DNA from: Smithellaceae bacterium
GTDB lineage: Bacteria; Desulfobacterota; Syntrophia; Syntrophales; Smithellaceae
Assembly (NCBI GenBank): GCA_963667845.2
Contig: CAXXVL010000002.1
Span: 2,400,001 to 2,464,000 of the forward strand
Reading direction: 5' to 3'
Length of the DNA stretch: 64,000 nucleotides
Below the pieces are notes generated by a model. It saw only the letters and a list, made by a program, of their open reading frames with translations, was not told where the DNA came from and made no database searches. The stretch's first letter is position 1. Every line of letters begins with the position of its first letter. Of this stretch, positions 18,984 to 28,600 are shown piece by piece. The position numbers and the translations under genes are program-made.

Positions 18984-20222
18984 CTAGCCCTTGTTTTCCA
19001 TCCATTTTTTTCCGCCCAGGACGCGGGCCACCATCATGCTCGAGACATTGTCGCCCACTGCGTTGACCATCGTTGCGGGGGCGTCCACCAGCGTGCCGAT
19101 CATGGTGATGAGCAGAAATGCTTCGGGCGGAAATCCGTAGAGTGATAAAATCAGCAGCTCGCCGATCGTCCCGCCGCCGGGAATGCCGCTCACGACCACG
19201 CCGGTCAGAAGGGCGATGCCCAGGGCGGTGAGAATCGTTTCCATGCCGGTAAAGGGCATGTGATAGATGCCGAACAGAAAAGCGATTTTTAAAACCGCGG
19301 CCAGGCACGAACCCTCCATGTGGATCGTAGCGCCGATGGGGATGACGACTTCACTGATGTCTCTGGGCACCCCGATTTTATCCGCCGCCTGCAGATTGGA
19401 GGGAATGGTCGCCATGGAGCTGCCGGTGGCGAGCGCCATGACGGACGGCGGGATAATGTTCTTCCAGAACGATTTGACGCCGGCTGTGCGTCCGGCAAAC
19501 CAGGCATACGCCGTAAAAGCAATCAAGAAATACAAAACGGCTGTCGGATAATAGACGGCCATGGCGCGCGCATACGAACCTAAAAGCTCCGGACCGAAGG
19601 TGCCGACCAGATAGGCAAAGTAGGCGCAAAGGCCGACGGGTGCATAATACATGATGTAGGAAATCAGCTTCATCATGACAACGTTTGCCGACGCCAGAAA
19701 TCCGGCAAAGGCTTTGCCTTTCTCTCCCGCTGCCGATGCTGCAAGCCCGACCCCGATCGAGAAGATGATCAAAGCCAGCATGTTGTTTTTGGATAAAAGA
19801 TTGGAGAAATCAGGGACGGTGAAGGCCCGGACGATCTGCTCGCCGGTCTTCATCTGCTGAATGTCCACCGCTGCCGCGAGCGGAATCGCGACGCCGGAAG
19901 CGGGCGGGAAGAGAATGACGGCGGCAATCATGACCGCTGATGCGATGAGGCCCGTGACGACGAAGATCAGGATCATCACAAAAAGAATTTTACCCAGCCG
20001 CCTCAGATTGGACATGGAAGCGACGGTGGCCGAGATGGAAAAAAAGACCAGCGGCACGATAACGGTGAAAAGCAGGTTCAGAAATATATCGCCCAGCGGC
20101 TTGAGCACGGCCGCGTCTTTTTTGAAGACGACGCCGATCGCCGCCCCGATCAGGATGGATACGATAAGCAGGAGTGAAAATCCGTAGGACTTCAAAAAAG
20201 GCGGCATATTTGACTTGGCCAT
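18984..20222 (-). CDS. Dicarboxylate/amino acid:cation symporter (DAACS)
   Basis: LKPLGDIFLNLL, TGSSMATIP, PIGATIHMEG, TMVNAVGD. Confidence 0.92.
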   Translation of the reverse strand: MAKSNMPPFLKSYGFSLLLIVSILIGAAIGVVFKKDAAVLKPLGDIFLNLLFTVIVPLVFFSISATVASMSNLRRLGKILFVMILIFVVTGLIASAVMIAAVILFPPASGVAIPLAAAVDIQQMKTGEQIVRAFTVPDFSNLLSKNNMLALIIFSIGVGLAASAAGEKGKAFAGFLASANVVMMKLISYIMYYAPVGLCAYFAYLVGTFGPELLGSYARAMAVYYPTAVLYFLIAFTAYAWFAGRTAGVKSFWKNIIPPSVMALATGSSMATIPSNLQAADKIGVPRDISEVVIPIGATIHMEGSCLAAVLKIAFLFGIYHMPFTGMETILTALGIALLTGVVVSGIPGGGTIGELLILSLYGFPPEAFLLITMIGTLVDAPATMVNAVGDNVSSMMVARVLGGKKWMENKG

Positions 20223-20224
20223 GG

Positions 20225-20992
20225 TTACTTCACCGGGAAATTGAAGAAGGTCTCGGGATGCGGTTCATTGTTGAGGGTGAAGTGCCACCACTCCTGGTCG
20301 TAGTTTCGAAACCCGTATTTGGCCATCAGCGTTTTCAGAAGCAGGCGGTTGGCGCGATGCTGCGGGCTCAGGTTGATATTTTCCGGGTGCGACGCCACAT
20401 CGAAACAGTCAAACCCCGTGCCCATGTCGAGCGAATTATCCGCGAAGCGAACGCCGGCAGGGAGATAGCAAGCCTTGAGCGGCTGGCCTGCGACATAGGA
20501 AGGTTGAAGCGGCGCGGGCAGCGACACGATCGTCAGATCCACCGTGCTGCCGCGGCTGTGGCTGGAGCGCTCCGCAATGTAGCCGTCGCTGAAGAGATTT
20601 CGCTTATTCACTGTGGGATAGAACTCTTTCTGCGTTTTGGTATCGTCGATATCTTTTGCCCAGCGCACGAAATGATCGACGGCTCTCTGCGGGCGGTAGC
20701 AGTCATAAATTTTGATGCTCATGGAAAACGGCGCCAGGTCCTTTTGCACATAGGCGAGCGCCTGTGCCGCCTGCCTCGTCAGGATGCAGGCCGGGGCTTC
20801 ATAGCCTTCCACCCGGACGCCCAGGAAATTGTGATCGGTATAATAACGGATATCCAGCAGGGCATCGGGAATAATCTCCTGGATGTGGACAAAAGAATCG
20901 GGCAACGTATCGGCCCCGGGCGACGATGAAGGCAGGGCGGCAAGGGCCAGTGCCGCCAGCAGCACCGAGGGCAGAAATATTTTAAATTTCAC
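20225..20992 (-). CDS. ddpX: D-Ala-D-Ala dipeptidase (VanX/DdpX, peptidase M15D) with signal peptide
   Basis: DCYRPQRA, SSHSRGSTVDLT (SxHxxGxxxD), DMGTGFD, EWWHF. Confidence 0.9.
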   Translation of the reverse strand: MKFKIFLPSVLLAALALAALPSSSPGADTLPDSFVHIQEIIPDALLDIRYYTDHNFLGVRVEGYEAPACILTRQAAQALAYVQKDLAPFSMSIKIYDCYRPQRAVDHFVRWAKDIDDTKTQKEFYPTVNKRNLFSDGYIAERSSHSRGSTVDLTIVSLPAPLQPSYVAGQPLKACYLPAGVRFADNSLDMGTGFDCFDVASHPENINLSPQHRANRLLLKTLMAKYGFRNYDQEWWHFTLNNEPHPETFFNFPVK

Positions 20993-21005
20993 AGAATGAT
21001 CCTCC

Positions 21006-21731
21006 TTATGGAATGGGGTCGGGATTGATAAATATGACGGGCTTGGCCGCCGGGTCGAGCCAGGCCAGAATGCTCAGGATGTCTTCTTCGGAAACGGCGA
21101 CGCACCCCGCAGTCGTCGATCGCGCGCCGGCCCAGATATGTAAAAAGATCGCGCTGCCATAGCCTTTGATGACCGGGTCGGTATTGTATTCGATGACCAC
21201 TCCATATTTATAGAGGTCATCGTCGCGTTTCATCTTTTCAAAAGAGGCGGCCCGGGTCTCGCTTTGTTTGACCCAGCGGTTGTAATCCGCGGCATTGATA
21301 TCATCCACCCAGAGGTCGTCCGCCCCAGCCTGGCGGTAGGGCATTTTTGTGGCGGCCGATTCGGCATATCCGAAAACCACTCCCAGCCGGTAAAGCCCGG
21401 AGGGCGTCCGTCCGTCGCCTTCGCGTTTTTCTCCGGGCGGCGCGAATCCGTTTCTGCCGACAACAGCGTCCACGGGTGCCCGCGCTTCGCGCCAGGCCCG
21501 ACCGGCCTTTTCCAGAGCGTAGACCTTTCTCGATGTCCAGAAAAGGAAACTGTCATCGACGACCAGCAGAACCTGGCTTGTATCGGGGGGGACGTTCTTG
21601 TCCACTGAAACAAGCGCGTCCGTCTTTATTTTATTGGGGGAAGGAAAACAGGCGCAGGCCGCGAGCGCAAGAACAGTCATCGCAAGCACTGTAAAACGGA
21701 CTATCTTTCCGAACAGACATCTTCTCTTCAC
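21006..21731 (-). CDS. L,D-transpeptidase (YkuD-like) family protein, probable lipoprotein
   Basis: KREGDGRTPSG, GSAIFLH..TAGCVAV; Cys after hydrophobic signal. Confidence 0.85.
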   Translation of the reverse strand: MKRRCLFGKIVRFTVLAMTVLALAACACFPSPNKIKTDALVSVDKNVPPDTSQVLLVVDDSFLFWTSRKVYALEKAGRAWREARAPVDAVVGRNGFAPPGEKREGDGRTPSGLYRLGVVFGYAESAATKMPYRQAGADDLWVDDINAADYNRWVKQSETRAASFEKMKRDDDLYKYGVVIEYNTDPVIKGYGSAIFLHIWAGARSTTAGCVAVSEEDILSILAWLDPAAKPVIFINPDPIP

Positions 21732-21983
21732 GGCTGCACCTCTTGTGCGGGTATTTGTAATTTAAAGCAGAACGTTTTTCAACATAATTATCCATGCGTG
21801 CCGAAAAATGCACAGATTTTAGATGGGGATAGATCAGATCCGCTGCAAAAATGATATTGACGTATCCCACACCTGAAGATTAATATTTAAGCTCATTGAG
21901 CGTCTGCGCTCATTGCTCTTTTTCTTTCCGGTTTAGGGCAATGTTCGCAAGGTAATGCAGCGACGGATCGGGGAATATTTTAG

Positions 21984-23261
21984 ATGGTGATTGAAGATCG
22001 CAGAAAAGGCAGACGAACAGCCGGCGATATCCGGAGAATCAAGGACCTGATCGAGCGTTATGAATTCCTGATTCAAAATACGCGCGATATCGTCCTGACC
22101 ATCCGCCGCCGCGACGGGAAGATCCTGGATGCGAACGCAGCAGCGGTCAAGGCGTATCGGTATACCCTCGCTGAATTCCTGTCCATGACGGTCGATCGAT
22201 TGGGAACGGCCCCGCTGTCCGCGATTGCGGCCCACCATCCGGATGAGGCCGGGTCGGAGGGCGTTACATTTGAAGCCACCCATATAAGGAAAAATGGTAA
22301 AACGTTCCCCGTGAGAGTTGTTATCGAAGGGGCGGGGACCGGCAGTGAAAAGACTCTCCTGTGCATGATCCATGAGCTGACCGGGCATCGGCAGGTGCAG
22401 GACGCGATGCACGAAACGGAAAACAACATGCGCGCACTCTTAAACGCCGTTACCGAGTCTTTGCTCCTGGCGGATAAAGACGGAACCGTTCTGACGGTGA
22501 ACGACGCGTTCGCCAGGCGTCTGCGCATCGGCGTCAACAAAATCATCGGCGCCAATTACTACGACCTGCTGCCGGCGGATACGGCGAAAGAGAGAAGGAA
22601 ACAGGCGGAAATTGCGATCCGCAGCGGCAAACCCGTGCGCTTTGAGGATACGCACAATAAACGCTTTATCGATCAGGTCATTTATCCGGTATTCGACAGG
22701 AAGGGCAGGGTGGCCAGACTCGCCTTTTTCGGCGCGGATATTACAAGGCGCCGTGAAATGGAGAAAGAACTGGAGTCGATGGCGCTCACGGATCAGTTGA
22801 CCGGCCTGTTTAATCGGCGGGGGTTCTTTACGCTGGCCAGGCGTGAACTGAAAAGGGCCGAGCGGTCGGCAAACGGCATGCTTCTCTTCTTTGCCGATCT
22901 TGACGGCTTAAAGAGCATTAATGACCACTTCGGCCATAAAGAAGGCGACCGTGCGTTGATTGCCTCCGCGAAAATATTAGCGCAGACCTTCCGGACATCC
23001 GATATCGTCTCCAGGATCGGCGGGGACGAATTTGCCATCCTGGTTATCGATGCCGACGAAGCAATGAGGGAAAAATTATTGCTGCGGCTGGACCGGTTGA
23101 TGAATAATCTGAATGCCCGAAAAACCGTCAAAGCGAAAGTGGCCATCAGCATCGGGCACGCCGTCTTTGATCCGGGCAAACCCGTAACACTGGACGAGCT
23201 CCTTTCCCGCGCCGATCAGCAAATGTATAAAATGAAGAAGATCAAATACCGCCGGGCGTAA
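21984..23261 (+). CDS. PAS-PAS-GGDEF diguanylate cyclase
   Basis: DQLTGLFNRR, RTSD I-site, intact RIGGDEF. Confidence 0.93.
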   Translation: MVIEDRRKGRRTAGDIRRIKDLIERYEFLIQNTRDIVLTIRRRDGKILDANAAAVKAYRYTLAEFLSMTVDRLGTAPLSAIAAHHPDEAGSEGVTFEATHIRKNGKTFPVRVVIEGAGTGSEKTLLCMIHELTGHRQVQDAMHETENNMRALLNAVTESLLLADKDGTVLTVNDAFARRLRIGVNKIIGANYYDLLPADTAKERRKQAEIAIRSGKPVRFEDTHNKRFIDQVIYPVFDRKGRVARLAFFGADITRRREMEKELESMALTDQLTGLFNRRGFFTLARRELKRAERSANGMLLFFADLDGLKSINDHFGHKEGDRALIASAKILAQTFRTSDIVSRIGGDEFAILVIDADEAMREKLLLRLDRLMNNLNARKTVKAKVAISIGHAVFDPGKPVTLDELLSRADQQMYKMKKIKYRRA

Positions 23262-23270
23262 AAGCCGGAT

Positions 23271-25382
23271 TTATTTCACTTCAAATTCCACCGAATCAAC
23301 AATCTTATTTTGCCCGCAGGTAAGCGCAAGGACGTGCCGGCCGGGTTGCGGCGTCCAGAGGATGGTTTCTCCCTGATCCGGAAGGGTCAAGTCGTCAAGC
23401 ACCCAGTGACTGGAGGCACTGCCCGCCGCCCCGGAAACAAAGCTGACCTTTTGCAGATGACCGGGGATATCGGGGTCCAGTGCAATAAGCGTCCCGGCAG
23501 GCGGGTAAATAATGCGGCACCCCTTGCGGACGGACGTGGTCTCGCGATTTTCCGGCTGGGTTCCGGCAATGAACCACTCCGGGCGATCATTCTCTCCGGG
23601 CGGTTTTGTCCGGACAAGACCTGCGGGCGCGGCCGGGTGAAATGAGGCATCGCGGGCGTGCAGATCATTCATCACGGTACACCAGACCGGAGCCGCTCCG
23701 GCAATGCCGCTGACGTTCCACATGGACGCGCCGGAGAAATTCCCCACCCAGACCCCGACGGTATAGCGCTGCGAAAAGCCTACGCACCAATTGTCGCGCA
23801 TATCTTTGCTGGTGCCCGTCTTGACGGCGCTCCAGTAGCGCGTGGCCAGCGGATTCTCCAGGCCGAACGTGGAACTTCGCGCATCGCGGTCTGCCAGGAT
23901 ATCCGCAACGATAAAAGCGGCCGCGGGCGAAAATACGCTCTTCCGGGAGGCTGCGGGGCGTCCGGGTTCCGATGTCAGGTGCGCTTCGCTCCACACGCCT
24001 CTGTTGGCGAGCGCCCGGTAGGCATTCGTCAGTTCCCAGAGGCTCATGTCCGCCGATCCCAGCGCCAGCGACAGTCCGTAAAAATCTCCCGATTCTTCGA
24101 GATGGCGAATGCCGAGTTCACGCAGAATATTTAGAAAGGATTCCGTGCCGACAAGCGAAAGCGTCCGCACCGCGGGCACGTTCAGCGATGATGCCAGGGC
24201 GATGCGTGCGCTCACGGGGCCGTGAAAAGACAAATCATAGTTGCCCGGCTGATAGATGCCGAAGGGATAAGCGACATCGAGCGGCGAGTCGTCCAGGACG
24301 GACGCGGCTGTCAGCAAGCGCTGGTCAAACGCCGTGGCATAAAGAAACGGCTTCAGGGTGGAGCCGGTTTGCCTCCGCGCACGGACGCCGTCCACAAACG
24401 TTCCCGCGGACGTCTGTGCGCTGTAACTGACATAGGCCAGGACATCGCCGGTTTTGTTCTCCAGGACCACGAGTGCGCCCTGCCTCGCATTTTGATCGGC
24501 AAGAGCGTTGACCTGCCGCGCCAGGTGCTCCGCGGCGAACTTCTGCAGGCGGGCATCGAGCGTCGAGCGGATCCGTGTTCCCGCCGGTTGATCTTTCAAA
24601 AGCAGTCTGGCCGCATGCGGCGCCAGATTGGCGCGCGGCTGAATGTGATCAATTCCCAGGCAAAGCTCCTGGACTTTGCCCTGGGCCGCGGCATTCGCCA
24701 CGTTCCAGGCAAGTTGCCGGTTCAGATTCTGCACCCGCACCGTAAGAGCCCGGACGCCGGCGTTGGGCGCGCGGATAAGGGACGCGAGAATGAGCGACTC
24801 CGCCCGGTCCAGGCCGTGCGGATTTTTTCCGAACAGGCCCCGGGACGCGGCGGCGACGCCCGAGTATTCTCCGCGGAAGGTCACCAGGTTCAGGTAGGCT
24901 TCCAGAATTTCATTTTTCGACCAGCGTTTTTCAATATCGCGCGCCAGGAATATTTGCGTCGTCTTTTGCGAGAGAGTCCGCTGCCGGACCCTGGTGGCCG
25001 CGCCCTTGTTCAGGAAAGAAGCAAGCTGCATCGTAATCGTGCTTGCGCCGCGCTGCCCGGAGCCGGACAGATAGCCAAGCGCCGCCGCGCCGAGCGCCTG
25101 GTAGTCCACGCCCGCATGCGCGTAAAAGCGTTTGTCTTCGGAGCACAGGACCGCTTCTTTCAAGGACGGGGAAATATCGTCAAGCGCCGTCCAGTCGAGC
25201 CTCCTACCCTGCTTATCGGCGCGCAGTTCGTGCAGGATCACTCCCTGTCGATCCAGAAGCAGGGAATCCGATTTGACATGCGCCTGCCGCACCTCCTGAA
25301 AAGAGGGCAGGGCATGGGCCTCTCCCGCCAGAAGAATCGCGACCGCAAAAAAAGCCAAAATAAATTTTAGAATGTTGTTCAT
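23271..25382 (-). CDS. pbpC: Penicillin-binding protein 1C
   Basis: EDKRFY.H.GVD, GASTITMQ, GSTLKPF, SLN, KTGTS; downstream of alpha-2-macroglobulin; start placed at MNNILKF. Confidence 0.92.
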   Translation of the reverse strand: MNNILKFILAFFAVAILLAGEAHALPSFQEVRQAHVKSDSLLLDRQGVILHELRADKQGRRLDWTALDDISPSLKEAVLCSEDKRFYAHAGVDYQALGAAALGYLSGSGQRGASTITMQLASFLNKGAATRVRQRTLSQKTTQIFLARDIEKRWSKNEILEAYLNLVTFRGEYSGVAAASRGLFGKNPHGLDRAESLILASLIRAPNAGVRALTVRVQNLNRQLAWNVANAAAQGKVQELCLGIDHIQPRANLAPHAARLLLKDQPAGTRIRSTLDARLQKFAAEHLARQVNALADQNARQGALVVLENKTGDVLAYVSYSAQTSAGTFVDGVRARRQTGSTLKPFLYATAFDQRLLTAASVLDDSPLDVAYPFGIYQPGNYDLSFHGPVSARIALASSLNVPAVRTLSLVGTESFLNILRELGIRHLEESGDFYGLSLALGSADMSLWELTNAYRALANRGVWSEAHLTSEPGRPAASRKSVFSPAAAFIVADILADRDARSSTFGLENPLATRYWSAVKTGTSKDMRDNWCVGFSQRYTVGVWVGNFSGASMWNVSGIAGAAPVWCTVMNDLHARDASFHPAAPAGLVRTKPPGENDRPEWFIAGTQPENRETTSVRKGCRIIYPPAGTLIALDPDIPGHLQKVSFVSGAAGSASSHWVLDDLTLPDQGETILWTPQPGRHVLALTCGQNKIVDSVEFEVK

Positions 25383-25522
25383 ACTCTCTACAGCCTGGTA
25401 ATCTGACAGCCGACAATGTCTGTCTTTCCTCACCCCAACCCTCTCCCACGCGTGCCCTTTAGGGTATCGAGTGAGCGGGAAGTACTGTCGGGCTGGTGCG
25501 GGCTTCCTTCCTCATCCATCAG

Positions 25523-25631
25523 ACCTTGAACTTTCTGCTTGCCGCTTGCCGCTTGCCCCTTAACCTTGAGCCTTGAGCCTTGAGCCTCGAGCCTTGGACC
25601 TTGCACCTTGCACCTTGCACCTTGCACCTTT
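25523..25631 (+). repeat. Heptamer tandem-repeat tract between alpha-2-macroglobulin and pbpC
   Basis: CTTGCCG, CCTTGAG and CCTTGCA units in tandem. Confidence 0.9.
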
Positions 25632-25632
25632 T

Positions 25633-28600
25633 TTATGGCGCGACCGTCATGGCCGCGTTCGGCATCTCGCCCAGCATCTCAGGGTAATACATTGCTTCCA
25701 CTCTTGTCGCGGGCAGGTGGAAGGTGCCGCCCGTGTTGAGCCGGATCGTATATTCGACGCGCCATGTTCCCTTGGGAACAAATTCGTAATACGCGCGAAA
25801 CGCTTCAAATGAGCGCTCTTCAAACGCCGGCCAGACCCAGCCTTCCTTCTTTTCGCCGCTGGTCAGCATTTCCGAATCGCGGCCCAGGCCTCCGCCCAGG
25901 ATCGTCGTTCCCGCCGGCACAGGATCATTCACCACCACCCAGGTCTGGTCCGCCTGCGCTTCCAGATCCAGGCGTATGCGGATCACGTCGCCCCTCGTCC
26001 AGCGCTGCGGGTTTTTCTGCGATACGGCGGTGATCGTCTTCTTAATCCTGTAGCCGCTGGAGAATGGTTCTTTGAGCGGGATCGCGGCCAGGCTCGAAAC
26101 GGTCAGCCAGGGCTTGCCCGTCCCCGTGTGATTCACGCTGAGGGCCGATTTTTTTTGCGGCCAGGCCAGGAGTTCCGACCTGCCCCTGGGGTCGGTGTTC
26201 CATTTGAGCACTCTGGTCTGCTGAGCAAGAGTTGTTGCCGTCTGGCCGCCGACCGGCACGGCTTCAAAGGTTTTGGAGAATTTGTCCATCGCCAGCACAC
26301 CCCAGGCATTGGCCACGGTCAAGTCCCAGTGGCCGCGCTTTTGCCGGGCCAGGGCGCCCTGGGCGAGCCTGGGCATGTCTTCCTTCCAGCCCGGTTCATT
26401 CATGAGAGTGATGAGCGCGCGGACGGCGTTTACGTCCACGGACACCATGAGCCACCAGAGCCTGTCGGACCGCTCTGTGGAAAATCCCATGGTCGTACCC
26501 TGGAAGTTCATCCGTGAACGCAGAATCTGCTCGGCTTCCCTGATGCGCGCTTCTCTTTGCGGAAGGTCCCGGACGTTGCGCAGAATATTGCGCCAATCGA
26601 TCAGAGCCGAGGTCGGCCAGAGATTCGGGTCGATGCTGATCGAGCCCAGCATTGCGGCCGTGGCTTTCCCGTCGCGCGACAGGGCCTCGATGGCCGCGAG
26701 CTTGCGGATGCTCAGATCGGCGGCGGAAAAGGACGATGCACAAATGAACTTTCCGTCGATAAAATTTTTGAGACCGCTTTGCATCTTTTCCCTGGCGGCT
26801 TCCGGAATGATCAGGCCCGCTTCATGGGCGATGGCCAGAATATAGGCGGTGAGCGACGGTGAGCCGCACAGAAAACTCATCGGGAAATACCGGGCGAGCC
26901 CCGTGTCGTCCAGATGCGCGGGCAGCTTCGCCATCGTTTCCTTCCAGAGCGCGGCGTCGTGCAGCGCTATGGCCCGCGAGATTCTTTGCTCCAGGCAGGT
27001 ATAGGAATACCGCCTCATGTAATCCGTAACCCCGTCGAGGCCATCCGAAATTTTCGGTTTCAGGGTGGTCTTCACGCCGCCGCGGCCGGCCAGCGCGTCC
27101 GCGGGCCGCTCCACATCCATCCGGAAGGGCGAATCAAGCTGCGTGATCGTTGCCTGGTATGTTCTTACGGGCGTTGCGGGAACGATTGCCTGCGCGATTT
27201 TGATGCGGTCGGCGGCGCCGGATTTCGTGTCTTTCGCGTCAATCGTCCAATGCATTTTTTCGATGCCGAAAGGCGCAGTCGCATTCCAGCCGATTTCTTT
27301 GGACTCGCCGGCGGCAAGCGTGGCGTGCAGAGGTTCGATCTGCCATTTCATTTCCGAAACGGTCGCCCGAAGCGTGACCTCCATCGGCTGGTTCGTGGTG
27401 TTGCGGAGAGTAAATCCGGCGAAAAATTTATCTCCCTCGCGGATGAGCGGGGTGACACCGGAAAGAACCATCAGGTCCTGCGTCGAGCGGATGGATGCAT
27501 AGCCCGTTCCGAAATAGCCCGCGCCCGCCGTGGCCACGGCCACAATGCGGAAGCTGGTCAGCGAATCATTGATCGGTACCTCCAGGGATGCTTCGCCTCT
27601 GGCGTCCAGGGTGACGCGCCCTTTCCACAACAGGAGCGGATCGAACATTTCGCGCGTGGGTTCGTGTCCCGGTCCCAGCCCTCCGCCGCCGCCCTGCGCC
27701 AGAGCCTTGAGGCCGAAGTGGCGTTTGCCGACAACCTGCATCTGGGCGGTCGCGGTTTTCACGCTGGTGCCGCGGCGTCCCATCATGGCCGCAAGGATCT
27801 CCCAACTGCGGTTGGGCATCAATTCCAATAATCCTTCATCGACTGCCGCCACGGCGACTTCCGCGTGGGCAGGCAGCGCCTGACCCGAGGCGGTGAGAAC
27901 CTTGATTTTGACTTTCGCCTTGTCGCGGACTTTGTAAATTTTCGCATCCGGGGTGACGGATACTTTCAGCTCATGATTCTTCCAGCCCACGTTGATTTCG
28001 GCAATGCCGAGTTTATAGGCAGGTTTCCCGAGGTCCACCTTGTTTCCGGGCCCAATACCGGCAACGCGCCCGCGCACGAGAAGCGCGGAGATATAGACGT
28101 TGGGCGCATACGATGCCTTGACCGGAATCTCAATGACCGGATTCTTGCCGGAGAGCGGCCTGACCCACGTATCCAGAATGCCCTCGCGCTCGACCGTCAC
28201 AAGCGCGGTGGCCTCGCGAAACGGCATCCGCACCTGGAAGACGGCCTTGTCGCCCGGTTCATAACGCTTCTTTTCCGCAATCAGATCGATCCGGTCGGAG
28301 TCGCTGACATCAAACCACCAGTCTTCCTTGTCGGCAACCCAGATGTCCCGGTTGGCGATGGTCCTGTGTCCGGCCGCATCCGCACTTTCGGCCTGCAAAA
28401 TTACGTTGCCGGAAACGGGCGCCTTGGCTTCGCAAACGAGCAGGCCGCGCGCGCCGGTTTTTCCCTCGCAGATCGTGCCGATATTTTTGGTCTCGGTCGT
28501 GTGCTCATAGGCGTAAAAGCCGCCGATCAGCCTTTTGCGGTGCGAGTAGGTCTTGCGCTCCAGGATATTGACCTTCACCGCTGCGCCGATCACGGGTGCG

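Noticed and set aside
20225..20992. Vancomycin-resistance locus
   Set aside because: No vanH/vanA/vanRS genes; VanX homologues are common outside resistance clusters
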